Shown here in pieces: positions 1 through 13,240 of a stretch of 64,000 bases of DNA. The translations under genes were made by a program, and so were the position numbers. Every line of letters starts with the position of its first letter. The first letter of the stretch is position 1. The DNA is from the human T2T-CHM13v2.0 reference genome, Homo sapiens, in the NCBI RefSeq assembly GCF_009914755.1, contig NC_060936.1; one strand, given 5' to 3'. The notes under the pieces are model-generated. The model saw nothing but the letters and a program-made list of their open reading frames with translations, ran no database searches and was not told the DNA's origin.

Positions 1-170
1 CTATGAAAGAGAATGCACCATTTAATGAGTTCAGAGGATATTAGGCATCTTACAGGAGAACACCTCACCCTCACAAGAATTTGTCTCCAGGCTTGCAGTG
101 TAATTGAGTCTTCTACTGTTTTATACGACAACAGCCTCTCAACATTGCAAGCCTACAACATTGAGATTGC
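1..170 (-). mobile_element. ERVL/MaLR-type internal remnant
   Basis: Minus strand GAAGACTCAATTACACTGCAAGCCTGGAGACAA...CTCTGAA...ATGGTGC resembles ERVL integrase-region consensus. Confidence 0.4.
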
Positions 171-277
171 AGTAAACCTAATCTTGTGCAAATCAGCCTA
201 TTGCACCACAAACATGTATCTACTGAATACCAGCTGACTGAAAGGTCTCAAAATGCCAGCTAAGAATTATCTGTCCA

Positions 278-596
<319 letters not shown>

Positions 597-897
597 TCAA
601 CACCTTCTAATCCAACAGATCCATCTCAAAAAAAAAAAAAAAAAGAATTATCTGTCCAGCTGCTGGTAGTCACACCTTCTAATTCAACAGATCCATTCCT
701 TTGTTAGCTAGTTAAAAGTTGACTGCCTTGAGTACTAATACATTGAACCTTCATGACCATCATGGTATACCACATAAAATTGCTTCTGTCCAAGGAACTT
801 ATCTTACAGGAGAGAAAACAATGAAGTAGAGGCCAGAGACAGACAGAGGGATAGAAAGCAAATATAAATGGATTATTAGTTTTAATTGTGATAACAG

Positions 898-1089
898 ATC
901 TTGGACTTGTGTTGTTATGATATTACATAAGCCTCAAGAAAATTAAATGCCTAGAGAAATGTAACAGGATAATAATAACCATAGATTGATTGAGTTTACC
1001 CTAAATTTACAAGATTAGATTCCCCACGACTGGGCAGAAAAGGAACTTGGGACTGAAACTAAGTTCAGTTATAGAAAATTTGTCTTTTG
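898..1089 (+). pseudogene. CNTRL-like pseudo-exon remnants
   Basis: 930-968 LKKIKCLEKCNR ~ CNTRL LEEIKNQDKLNK. 1026-1089 GQK..EL..E...KF (frameshifted) ~ CQKQYELEQELAFYKIDAKF, ending at GT 1090. Confidence 0.45.
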
Positions 1090-1912
1090 GTACATACATT
1101 TTGTAGAGTGGAAAATTTGTTCCTTCTCTATATTAGCAGTTTAGAATATGATGCCTTCTTAACAGACAGAATTTCTCCCAGTCATGCTTACTTGCATAAG
1201 TCAGTTGCAAACATCAAGTTTAAGTGATTAATAATGTAAAACTTCTTCTGGATGTAAGGGTGATATTAATTACCCTAAACTGTATTAATTTCTGGAGACC
1301 TGGGACTAGACTGTGTCTTAGTCACTTCTTTATTTACTCTTAGCACCTACAATAGTACCATTAGCATAGAATAAATTCTTTAAAAATGTTAATGAATGAA
1401 TGAACTAGGAAGAAACACCCTGGAAGAATGATTTTGTTAGTTGTGCACATCAAAAGTAATGAACTGTTCCACCCACCCCATTATCTTACACACATAACTT
1501 AACTCAGAGAAAATTAAGCTCATTCAAAGTAAGAGCATTTCTTAAATTAAACCATAAGTCAGTAGGCTTCTTTCTCCCTAGCTCCTGTCGCTCATTATCA
1601 AGTCTGGAATTTAGGCGGGAAAATATAACCATAAGCCACTTGATGAAAAGGCTAATATTGTTAAGTCCAGTGTCTTAAAATGGTAGCCTAATGACCCATA
1701 AACGCTGAAGCTTGGGACATCCACTTAATACTTTCTTTACAAGGCAAAATGAATTTCTTACTTCCTGCTTTGATTTTGGCATTAAGTAGCACTATGTAAC
1801 TGTACCTAAAATAGATGGAAAATACATGCCTTGTTCCAAGACTCGGTTTTATTGCAAGATGGTGTCTTGAAAAGTTTTACTCATTATGCCTTTTTATATT
1901 GTCCCTAACAAG

Positions 1913-2110
1913 GAATTGTAGGAAATTACACAAGTCATTCTCTCTATCTTAAATAGCAGGAAATGTTAACACAGAGGTTTACATGGAGAATATTTCTGTT
2001 CCATGTTATGACACTTGCTTCAAGGGACCCCCATAGATGTGTCTTGAGGAAACTTCCTAAATGAGGAGGAAATTGAGATAAAATTAATGTTTGAATCAAA
2101 AGAGATATTT
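1913..2110 (+). pseudogene. CNTRL-like pseudo-exon remnant
   Basis: Pyrimidine tract plus AG at 1911-12 and donor GTATGT at 2111; 198 nt; frameshifted ML.TEVYM ~ MFATESYI. Confidence 0.4.
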
Positions 2111-2452
2111 GTATGTGAACATGTGTTTCTACAGTAATGTACTAAAAGTAGTTAGAGAAATATTGTGCAAGTGCCATAGTGGTAGTTGCAGATGACAAAG
2201 TGGCATCACAAACAATAGACTCAAATTGCTGATCTCTCACCTATGTTAAAATATGAAAGCCTTTTCCCCCAAAGCCTGCAAGTAACCTACAATTCTCCAG
2301 AATAAGTAGACATAGAACAGTTAAGAATATGAGAAGTCGATTTTTAAAGCATTGCATTGTTCTGGGTTTCAATGGTATAATTGAACTCAACTACCACAGG
2401 ATGTAAATATCAATGACTCTCCCACAACCTCCTTCTCTGTTTCCATTGGAAG

Positions 2453-2557
2453 TCATTAATTAACACATCTCAGAGAACTTTTATGACTCAGAATCTAAGC
2501 AGAGTCCTAAAAACTATTATTTGGTGGAAGGACTAGGAAAATACAACAGTTGTCATG
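2453..2557 (+). pseudogene. CNTRL-like pseudo-exon remnant
   Basis: Acceptor cttctctgtttccattggaAG and donor GTAAGA; THLREL.....*AE ~ TRLSELHDEIEKAE. Confidence 0.55.
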
Positions 2558-2632
2558 GTAAGAAGGATTAGAAATCCACCCATTTATGGAAAAAAAATCT
2601 AAACAAGTGATACATTTAAGTCTTGCCTACAG

Positions 2633-2856
2633 AGCATTATAAATTTATGACAAAATTAGCCTATATTAGCAGAAAAATTCTACTTCTCTAATCATGAAAT
2701 TGGCATTTTCAAAAAGTATGTGTAAGGTTTTGTAGTGTAAAGTCAGCATTACAAATGTATGACAAAATCAGCCTGTATTAGCAGAAAAATTCTACTTCTC
2801 TAATCAGGAAATTGCCATTTTCAAAAAGTATGTCTAAGTTTTTGTAGTGTAAAGTC
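2633..2856. repeat. 112-bp tandem duplication (2 copies)
   Basis: 2633-2744 vs 2745-2856, scattered substitutions. Confidence 0.95.
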
Positions 2857-3549
2857 AAGTTTGGGAGTATACATGAAACCAGAAAACCATTTGTCTTCAT
2901 GTCAGAATCTTGAGGGAGAAATTAAAACTGGAAACCTAAATTTAAGAATCTTCTCCCTAAAGCTTGTTAGGCACTTTATATGAATATCAGCTATCAGGTT
3001 ACCTTAGGTGCAGGTGCAATACCTATCTCTACCCTCCTTCGGCTTGTACCATTCCCTTTATCTGAATGGCCTATATTCATCTACCAAAATCTTATCCTCT
3101 TATCTTCCATCTCAAATGCCACCTTCTTCATACTTTTCCTAGTGGTAATAAAGACTTAGATATGGACATATCTTAGAAATATACTGTCAGCTCTCCTAAC
3201 ACTTTATTTTTACATTTGACATGATAATTATTATGCATTCTGCCTTCTATTTTAGTTATTTGAGTAATATCTTGAAGCCTTCTTATGGATCAGGGATTCT
3301 CAAACTTTTTATCATCTGGGTCACTTGTAAAATATTCAAATTGTTGTGGTGGGGCCTTGGAATTTGCCCTTTCAATATGTTCCCTTTGTTCTTTTTTATT
3401 ATTCTTAATGTCCAAAAATTTTCCTATTTTATCTATAGCCAAATCACAAGCTCTCTCTTAAAAACATTTTGGCTATATTCCAGTGGTTTAAAAAATTTTT
3501 CCATGTTCTCCATTCTACCTTCTATCATTTTGGTCAATTTGAATATTAA

Positions 3550-3830
3550 TAAGATTGAATAGGCTGCAGTAACAAGTAAACCCTCAAATCTTAGTAACAA
3601 CACAGTAAAGTTTTCCTTTCCCCTCATACCACAATCCTGTGCAAATCAGGTATTCCACCTCTATATTTTATCCATGCCATCTGAAACATATGACTTACAA
3701 GTTTCTTATGGAATGGGCATATGCCACTTCTCATATTTCATTGGCCAGAACTAATCATATGGTCCAAACTTACTGCAAGGAAGGTGAGAAAATAGAAGAT
3801 ATTTGGTGTGCACTAAGAATCTCTGACCAG
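3550..3830 (-). mobile_element. MLT1-type MaLR LTR remnant
   Basis: GCTGCAGTAACAA...CCCTCAAATC and CATTGGCCAGAACTAATCATATGG motifs. Confidence 0.65.
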
Positions 3831-3924
3831 ATTAAAATGCCAGTTGCTTGGCTTTTAAAAATATCCTACAACTACTCCAACTCCAAATGTCCAAAAGAAG
3901 TTTTACCCACATGATAATCATCAT

Positions 3925-4150
3925 AATAGCTATCATTCCATGAGCATTTACTACATTATCATGGTAAGTGCAATGAAAGATTATCTAATTTAATTCTTTC
4001 AACAACACTGTGAGGTAGGTATTATTAGTTACAATTTTTGAAAGGCACTGAAATTTAGAAAGGTATGGTAACATAACTTGCCCTAATATACAAAGCTTAT
4101 AAGTTGTGAAGCCAGCTATTAAACAAAGCCTCTATCTCAAAAGCTAATTT
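3925..4150 (-). mobile_element. MIR
   Basis: CAACAACACTGTGAGGTAGGTATTATT...AACTTGCCC core. Confidence 0.7.
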
Positions 4151-4457
4151 TCTTAAGGAACTGCTTTCTATTTCCTTGGAAACCACTCTCCCATACTGGT
4201 CTTTATAAGCCACAAATTTGATATTGCTATCCATTGATTTTAGAACCCAGTCTAAAATGTCCTATGTGGCACAAAAAGCCTTGCCCAACATGTTTTTGTT
4301 TTTGTTTTCTATTTTAACTCTCTGGCCTATTGTATTATAATCACATCTCTTTAGCAATTTTATTTTAGCCATGCTAAGCAATGTGCACTTCCATTCTAGC
4401 TCTGAGTTTTTTCTCACTTTAATCACTCTTCCTGCCATACTCGTTATCCAGGTAATT

Positions 4458-4459
<2 letters not shown>

Positions 4460-4552
<93 letters not shown>
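4460..4552. repeat. Compound (TA)n(TG)n microsatellite
   Basis: Read directly from sequence. Confidence 0.98.
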
Positions 4553-4553
<1 letters not shown>

Positions 4554-4969
4554 TCAGTCATACTTTAGATATTACATTTATTGAAAAATATGAAAATGTA
4601 AAGAAGAGTTGTAAAAATTGAGGGAAAGTCAACATGATGAATCACTACATTCAGTCAGCAAAACATCCAGCATTCAACAACGTTCATGGGAAAAAAATGA
4701 ATGAGCAGAAGAATATATTTAAATACGTTAAAACATAATGTCTGAAAAGAAATCTTTAAAAGCTATGACAGTCATAAAACGTTAACGAATTTTTAGGAAA
4801 GGGAGTTTAGGAAACTATAAAAAGTGATTGTTAAAATAGAAAAAATACAACAAATTGAGTTAATAGCAATATAAGTATCAGTAAAGATTACATTCTTAAG
4901 ATGCAAGATGAAGTAAAGGAATCCCCCCAGAATGCAGTTTAAAAAAATAACTTCAATTTCATTATATCA

Positions 4970-5272
<303 letters not shown>

Positions 5273-5289
5273 GTAACAATAATTTTAAT

Positions 5290-6270
5290 ATATCGTCTTA
5301 TTTACAGTTAGGTCACATATAACCATTGTCTTGTTTTTTCTTTAGTTTGTTGGAATCAGTGAACAAAACAGGTGTTCTAGTTGTTTGATAAGCCTCTTAA
5401 GTCTCTTGTATTCTATAGTTTTCCCTTTGTATTTTTTCTTGTGATTTTTTTTCAGGAGGAGGGGAGTTGTTGCTATTGAAAGAATTGGGTTTTTTGTCTT
5501 ATAGAGTTTTTCACAGTGTTCGTTTCATTAAATGCATCTCTGCTTTATCTGTTAAAGTATTCATAGTTGGATCTAATGGCTTGATCAGATTCATTTTCAT
5601 TTTTCATTTTTATGGTAAGAGTCCTGATAAGTGATATTGTAGATTTTCATTAGGGTGTACATAATGCCTGTTACGTTATGTTAGCAACCATTGATTACAA
5701 CTACTCCAACTCCAAACATCCAAAAGATTTACCTGCATGGTAATCATCGTAATAGTTATCATTCCTTGAGCATTTACTACATTACCCAATGCATTTAATT
5801 AACAAAATTTTTCAAAATGGCAATAATTTTTTGTTATCAGAAGCATATAAATAAATAAATAGATTGAAACATTCCTATTTCAAATATTTGGTCACCTGTT
5901 GTACAGTTTAGATACGAAAGGTATGATAAATGCTTGATTTTTACTCTTTATTTGCCTGTTTTTTCAAATAATGAGTTCCTTAGCAATCTCCAAAGTTAAC
6001 AAGTAATTTTGTGCATGTCACTGCATACATAGGGATTGAAACAGTCTCAGTTCAATCTGCTGAAGATACTGGATTTATTGTAACCACTTTTTCTCATCTT
6101 TTGACTAGATGTTTATTCGACTTGTCTACTGAGTTCTTTTTGACGTAACTCCAGTAGTCTTTGACAGCTTCTTTGCTTTCTGGTCTGAAAACATGTTTTA
6201 GGCTCATCTTATACATTTTCTTTTCCCAGAAGTAGAAGGAACATGGTGAGAACCATCTAATAGCTATGGG
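5290..6270 (-). mobile_element. L1MC-like 3' fragment
   Basis: Resembles old L1MC 3' UTR (CTCTTAAGTCTCTT..., GGCTTGATCAGATTCA). Confidence 0.55.
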
Positions 6271-6731
6271 AATAAAACTATCAAATTTGGCTGAAAGGTG
6301 TAAAAGAAGCCCCAACTAAATAGATACATTTTACTTTTGCCAATAAATTAAAATGCAATTTTTGAAATTACGAATCCATTGAAATTTTAGTAAAATACCA
6401 GCAGGGATTTGGGATTCTAAATTTCACAAAGAAGAGGAAACATGCATGAATACCTAAGCCTTATGAAAATTATTCATAAAAAGTCTATTATTTATATTAT
6501 TATCTTATGTTTATGATACGTACCAATAATAAATGTTAATGTTTATGAAGGCTCTGCTAATTAAAGCCAACAAAAAATACTGTGTTGGCAAAATAATTCA
6601 TTTGAAAAAATCTGTCTTAATGAAAATAGTTTATGTTAAAATTGACAATTCAAATCAATATGGAAAAGATCATTTATTTAATAAATGCTATTAAGAGAAT
6701 TAGCAATCAAGTTGGAAAAAAATAATCCCTG

Positions 6732-7291
6732 TGTTGGAAGTAAATGTTCAGTGCCACCAAGTGAAAATAGCACTCAGGCAAAAGTTTTCTCAGCAAAGCA
6801 ATTTCCTTCTATAGAAGAGTGTGTCTCACAGATGGAGTAATGGCAAGAGCACACCAGACAAGGCAGGGAAAGGGGTTCTTGTCCTAATGCAGCTAGTCGC
6901 TACTGCTGTGTCTTTCCCCTATTGTCTAGGGTTAGACTGCACAGTCTAAGCTAATTCTGGTTGGCTATTTTAAATAGAGCAGGGATATGAGCCGGAGTGG
7001 CAGGGTGAATAGTTTCGAATGGTTACAGAGGAGGTGACTAAGGATGACTAAGGACAGAGCAGGTGATAGAGGCTAGGAGGGGGTTGTTTACTGAAACTAG
7101 GGGCAAATGTAAAGAATGAGAAAGTTAAACTTTAAAATGGAGAACAAAGAACAGGGAAGCCGAACATACTGACATATTGGCTGTTTGAAGAGGAACTCAG
7201 AACTCATTGTACTTAACGATTTTCCTCTCTTGGATTTTAAAGTAAGTTAACAGGCTAAAACCTTTGAAGAGGAATTTTACTGTATCCTACA
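6732..7291 (-). mobile_element. 3' LTR (LTR10 family)
   Basis: Preceded on the minus strand by a polypurine tract at 7292-7305. Confidence 0.9.
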
Positions 7292-7419
7292 ATCTTCCCC
7301 CTTTCAATTTTCATAGTCTTTCCTCTTCAAACCTTTTTAACATATCTTGGTTTTGCTGCTTGACTTGATCCATAAAAGAAAAGCTTATCTGAATAAGGTG
7401 GAGGAGAGTTAAGGGAGGT

Positions 7420-9408
7420 TTTAGTAAGTGCTGTTTCTGTAAGTCTTTGCACCAGCCCACGGATGCACGGTATGACACAACACCCAACAAGAACGAGTAC
7501 ACCTGTTACGGCTGCAAGAGAAGTAAGAATTGAGGCTATGATTCCTTTCCGTTTACCAAGCCACCTTTCTAGCCATCCTGAGAAAGTGTTGTCGACTCCA
7601 GAATTTTTAGCTAATTCATTGGATTAAAGCGGTAAGTCCTTGTAAGGCCCTTGTTACTGCGGAGGCAGTGTTGTTTGGGATAAAGGTACAATGCTGAGTT
7701 TAATCATAACACAAACACCACCTTTTTCAGCTAGTATCATATCTAGAGCCATTCTGCTTTCCCAGACCATCTGGCTAGTCAACCCCAATTGTTGGGCTAT
7801 CCCTTTAACAGCATCCCTGGTGTATTTAATAAACCTCTGCTGATTATAATAGATATAATTTATCCAATCTATGTTTTTATTGTCACCCACGAAAATATTG
7901 ACTCAGATTCTGTAGCTATTTGATCTCGAGCTTTAAATTTATCTAGTACTCCTCGTGGGACTCCAATTGCATCTAAATAAACGTGGGAGTCAAAAGACTC
8001 ATAAGAAGCTTCCTTTGCTTTACAATGTTGTTTTTCCTTTTCCTGGTTGATGAAATGCCAGGGTGAAAGGGATAGCCAATTGGACTAGAGCACAAGTGCC
8101 ACTGCAGTTACTTGGTAGAGTGTCCAGTAGAGGTCTGCCACGATACCACCATACATCTGCTCAGGGGTGAATAAGGGCTGACTGATTGGTAAGCTCTTGG
8201 AAAGTCTTAAGCGCACTGCATCCTTTTAGGTCTCCAAGGAACACAAAGTTTCCTCCTTGTCGTGAGAGACCCGAAGTGAACTTAGTTTCTGGAGATGGAA
8301 GTTCAATGGCCCTCAGGGGCTGACCCGCAGGGTGTTGAACTTCGGGATATAGCAGAGAGACAGTTTGACATGACTTGTTATCCCAAGCTGTGGAACCATG
8401 GAAAAGAGCTACTATACAGCCCATGCCTGATTGACTGAAGGAACATCCTAGTGGAAAGGGGAATCTGGGCCTCTGGCCTGCCGTGCACACAAGCATAACA
8501 ACTGCTTTTGTTTAAAGTGCGGATGGAATCTTTGATCCATTCCAACCAGGCATTAGCATCTTGATGTCCTGTCTCAATTGCCAAAGATTGTTTTAGGTCT
8601 TTAACTTCTACAATAGCTACCTTGGTCTTGTCATTACATGGAGGAGGAAAAACAGTTTCATTGTGAGAGGTTTTGGAAGAAGGCGTAGGGGAAAGTGTAG
8701 GCGGTGGGGGATCAATGAAGCGTATTTATTTCAAAGGATCAGATAGTCTGTTCCTGAAGCCTCAGCCCCCATACCATAAAACCGGCTTAAAGAAGGGAGC
8801 CAGCTTAGAGAAGGGGAAGAACTTTGAGGGTTTGAGATAATAACCTGTATTGGATAGTACTGGTTTAGCTGACAGCTAGGGGAAGCTGTTCTTTTAGTAG
8901 TAAATGTATAGCTTTAGGAAATTACAACTACTGGTTGGGGCAGTCCATCCTTGCTCTTTAGTGGTCCACAGAACATTGGACCAGTTGCAGCATAAAGGCT
9001 CTGTCTCGGGGGGGCAAGACTTCCAGTTGACACTGGGGTCTTCATCGAAACCTCTCCAGGCTAAATGATCCCGATTTACTAATGCCCAGTCTGAGTAGAG
9101 CCAGGAAGGACAGAGGTACTTTTTTGAGTGGAGAGCTGTCTTTGACTTGAGAAGTCTCCACAGGGTATAACAAGGCAAGCATTAAATGTAATAGTTTGAG
9201 GCAAAATTTACTTGGTTGCATTAATAACGAGGTGGTCAGCAATAGAGTGAGGAAAGAAGAAGGAGTAATAGAATAGATGAAAGAGAGTTAACTTTTTCTT
9301 AGCTTTAGTTTGGTGGGGTTTTCCCCTGGGACTATGGCCCATGACTCTGGAGAGGGTGGTGCTTTCTTGACTAGGGTGTGATGGGTCTATCCTTTTTCTG
9401 CTGTCCAA
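7420..9408 (-). pseudogene. env: ERV env remnant
   Basis: WINYIYYNQQRF and ISD-like ESRMALDMILAEKGGVC; NAWLEWI...CYAC. Confidence 0.85.
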
Positions 9409-9409
9409 A

Positions 9410-12400
9410 CTGCACTTTCAGTAGTTAGGAGCACTAGGTAAGGTCCTTCCTAGGCCGGTTCAAGCATTTTCTTCTCTCCAGCTTTTGATGAGGACGTGGT
9501 CCCCAGGCAGATGTTGGTGTACTGGAAACTCTAAGGGTGGCACTTGTGCTAAAAGACCTTTAGTTCTGAGGGAAGACAAAGTGGAAGATAAACCAAGTAT
9601 ATAATTTCTGAGAAACTGATCTTTTTTTCAAATGGAGGAAGATCAGTAGTAGAATGTAGATAAGGCAATCCATAAAGCTTCTCTTAAGGGGGTAGTTCTA
9701 TGTCTTTTCAGGGAGCATTTCGGACTCTCAACAGGGCAATAGGCCTTTCTACTTTCCCTGATGAGGGAAAGATGCCATGGCATGTGGTATTCCCATTTTC
9801 TTTAGGGTTTGTTTGTTGGTTTTTCTACACACTATGCAACTATCTGCAACTTGTCTAGCAAGGGTATAAATTCCTATGCATCCATAAACTGTAAGGACTG
9901 CATCACACATAGGCTGGGGGCCCCAGTGAGGTCCTCGATGTAGCTGTGACAATATCTCTCACATGAGGGGCTTAGACAGCCTTTCTCTCTTGTCTGGTAG
10001 TATCCATTTTCCCTCGTGGTTTTCTTTGGCTCCTGTTTCTTTTAGCTTTTCTTACGCTCTGGGGGAGAAGATAGGAACTACAGCTGGAGGGGGAAGATAA
10101 GGGGTTAGGTGGAAAATGGGTGCGGCTTGAGAAGAGGCAGCTTATTTGGCTACTCGGTCAGCTAGGTTATCCTTGGCTCCCTAAGGAAAGATTCTTCTAG
10201 TGACCTGGAACATGAACAACTGCTATCTCTTCTGGCAGCTGTAAGTTCTCTAGTACTTGGATTATTAAGTCTCAGTGGACTAAGTTTTGACCTTTACTGT
10301 TAATGAGGCCTCACTCTGCCCAAATTTTCAAAGGTGTGGACTACTCCAAAGGCATACTTGGAGTCAGTATGAATAGTTCCTTTCTGATTTTGAAGAAATT
10401 TTAAGGCTTGATTTAGTGCAAACAACTCATGTTTGCACAGACCAGTTTTAGGTAATCTTCCTGATTCTATTTCTGTGAGGGTGTCTCTGTCTACTACTGA
10501 GTACCTGTTGTGCCTTTTCCCTTTTATTACTTGAGAAGAACCATCTACAAAAAGGTGTCTTCCGGTTTGAAAGGGAGTTCCATTTAAGTCTGGTCTAACT
10601 TTTGTCTGATAGGCAATAATATCTAATCATCTATGCCCAAGTTCTGGTCTGGGGCATGGGTTTTTTCTGGGTTTGGATTTCCTGTTAAGAAGGAAACAGT
10701 GAATCATCAGTGGTTAGGGTTAAATCATCTTTTTTTTTTTTAACAAGATAGCCTTGTATTTTAAAATTCTTGACTCAGTAAGCCATCTTTCTGCCTTCTG
10801 ACTTAATGATAGTTCTGACCTGATGAGGTGTGTTCACAGTGAGGTTTCCTCCAAAAGTTATTTTTCTACTTTTTTCTGTTAGCAAAGCAGTTGCCACTAC
10901 AGATTGAATGCATTCGGGCCATCCGCTGGCTACTGGGTCAAGGATTTTTGATAGAAAGGCTACGGGTTACTGATGGCCTTCGTGCTTTTGGGTAAGTACT
11001 CCTAAGGCTACGCCTTTTTTTACGTTGACAAAAAGATGGAATGGCTGCTCTAAGGAGGGTAAAGCTAGGACAGGGGCAGTTACTAATAGGTGTTTTAACC
11101 TTTCCACCTGTTGGATTTTTGGTAATTGCCAAACAAGGGGGTCTGGCTCGTCTTGCATAAGCTTTTTGTATAAGGGTTTTGTTTCTAGGGCATAAGAGTC
11201 TATCGATAGATGACAGTATCTAGCTAATCCAAAAAATTTTCTAAGTTCTTTAGTCTCCGGCAGAGGCAAGGATATGATGCCTTCAATCTGTTCAAGCCCA
11301 GTTTTCGTTTACCTTTGCTAATTAAATGCCCTAAATATTTTACTTTAGTTTCTACAAATTGGAGTTTGTTTTTTGAGACCCCTAGGCCTTCATCCCATAG
11401 AAAATTTAAGACATGTGTTGAGAAGGCTGCTACTTCTTCTCTATCATCTCCTGAAATTAGAAGATTATCCAGGTACTGGAGGAGGCATATGCGCAAGGGC
11501 AGGGAAAGTTTCTCTAGGACTTGTTCTAATATTTGACTAAATAAATTTGGAGACTCTGTAAACCCCTGGGATAAGACTGTCCATCAGTATTGCTGCTTTG
11601 ACTGGAGTGAGGGTCTTCCCACTCAAAGTCAAATAGGTCCTGGTTGTCCTCTGCCAACGGACAAGCCCAGAAGACTTTTTTTTTGATGGAGTCTCCCTCT
11701 GTTGCCCGGGCTGGAGTGCAGTGGCACCATCTCCGCTCACTGCAAGCTCCGTCTCCCGGGTTCATGCCATTCTCCTGCCTCAGCCTCCTGAGTAGTTGGG
11801 ACTACAGGTGCCCACCACTACGCCTGGCTAATTTTTTTTGTATTTTTTTAGTAGAGATGGGGTTTCATCGTGTTAGCCAGAATGGTCTCGATCTCCTGAC
11901 CTCGTGATCTGCCCACCTCGGCCTCCTGAAGTGCTGGGATTACAGGCATAAGCCACCATGCCCGGCCCAGAAGGTATCTTTTAAATCTATGACTATAATC
12001 ATTGGTGGCTGTATGGGATCCTACTGATAATAGTATAAGGATTGGGAACAACAGGGTATGTAGTTTGGACTATCTGATTAATAGCTCTAAGGTCTTGCAC
12101 TAACTGGTATGACCCGTTTGGCTTCTTTGCAGTAGTATTGGAGAGTTATAGGGAGATATACAGGGTTCAAGAAGCCCATCACAGAGAAGACCTTCAATTA
12201 TAGGTTATAAACTTACCCTGGCTTCTCAAGGAATAGGGTATTTCTTTCTCTTTACTACTTCCCCAGGGGTTTTTAATTTAACATGAATCAGAAGAATCTG
12301 TAACTTTCCTAGATTCCCGTCTTTTGGCCATGCCTCGGGATGAATGTGTTCTTCATCTGTGGTGGTGAGCAAGTTTAGGGAAGGGAGGAATTTTCCATGA

Positions 12401-12535
12401 TTGATTTGGAGGCCTAAGCCTAATTTTAGCATTAAATCTCTTCCTAATAGATTTGTCCCTGCTTCTGGAATTAACAGAAATTTGATATTAGCTGATTGGT
12501 TTTTGTATTTCACTTCTGTCTCCTCTAAGATCTTT
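9410..12535 (-). pseudogene. pol: ERV pro-pol remnant, frameshifted, Alu-interrupted, IN core deleted
   Basis: NLLGRDL (PR), DLKDTFW, LLQYLDNLL (YxDD-derived), LVTAPVLALP, HWG...CIVC zinc finger. Confidence 0.85.
11676..11967 (-). mobile_element. AluY inserted in ERV RT
   Basis: Y diagnostics (GCAAGCTCC, GCCATTCTCC); flanked by CAGAAG duplication. Confidence 0.93.
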
Positions 12536-12539
12536 CATA

Positions 12540-13240
12540 GTTCCTTGATGGGCTATATGGTTGTTATTCAACTGAGGATCCTGGGCTGGAAATTTTGTTC
12601 AGCTGTTGGGACATTCTGATTGGAAGGGTGTTCATGTTCCCACAAGGTCATAGCAGCCCTGTGTATCATGCTCCTTTCTTCTGCTAAGAAAAAGATGCCT
12701 AAGATAGACATTAACTTAGCCCAAGTATATAACTGGGGTCCTAAATCTGATCAATTTGATCTGCCACTTCGTAAGGGTCATCTAAGAGTGGTTTAAGCTC
12801 CTTTTGTTTTTAGGTTTCAGACTTTTGAGCTGGTTAAGGGGGTGTTCAGAAAGCCAATGCCCCCTCCTCCAAGAAGCACTTCCCTTAAGGGAAAAAGAGT
12901 TTGAGCAAACTCTTGGAGATACTGGGGAAAGGGAAATTTCGGGTATTTTTCTTATTGTTCTATCTCATGTTGAAGTCCCCTTGAGGGGTGACACTCAGGA
13001 TTATTGGGGAGAGGGTATAACATGAGTAGGGGAACGGTCTGGGGTGGCAGCTGCTTGGGGAGAGGAAGGTTCTTTAGTCCAAATAAAACAGCAGTATTTT
13101 ATCACTTGCAGCTTTTTCTTGTGTTTGGTCCTTCTGTTATCCTTCCAGTATTCTAACATTAGGCCTAGGAGACTATCAGAGGGGATATTACCATGATCAT
13201 GATCCTTCCTATCTTTTGTCTTACTTGCTGTATTTCCCAT
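12540..13240 (-). pseudogene. gag: ERV gag remnant (MA plus part of CA)
   Basis: MGNTASK...IPSDSLLGLMLEYW...IKYCCFIW. Confidence 0.8.

Noticed and set aside
930-968. KKIKCLEKC read as a centriolin LRR (YIENLEKC)
   Set aside because: Out of order relative to neighbouring remnants; the collinear match LEEIKNQDKLNK fits better, so any LRR exons would lie upstream of the window.
4262-4568. ORFs with HT/IY/CV repeats
   Set aside because: Translations of the (TA)n(TG)n microsatellite.
7420-9408. ERV env as a possible domesticated syncytin-like gene
   Set aside because: Broken into many short frames by stops and frameshifts.
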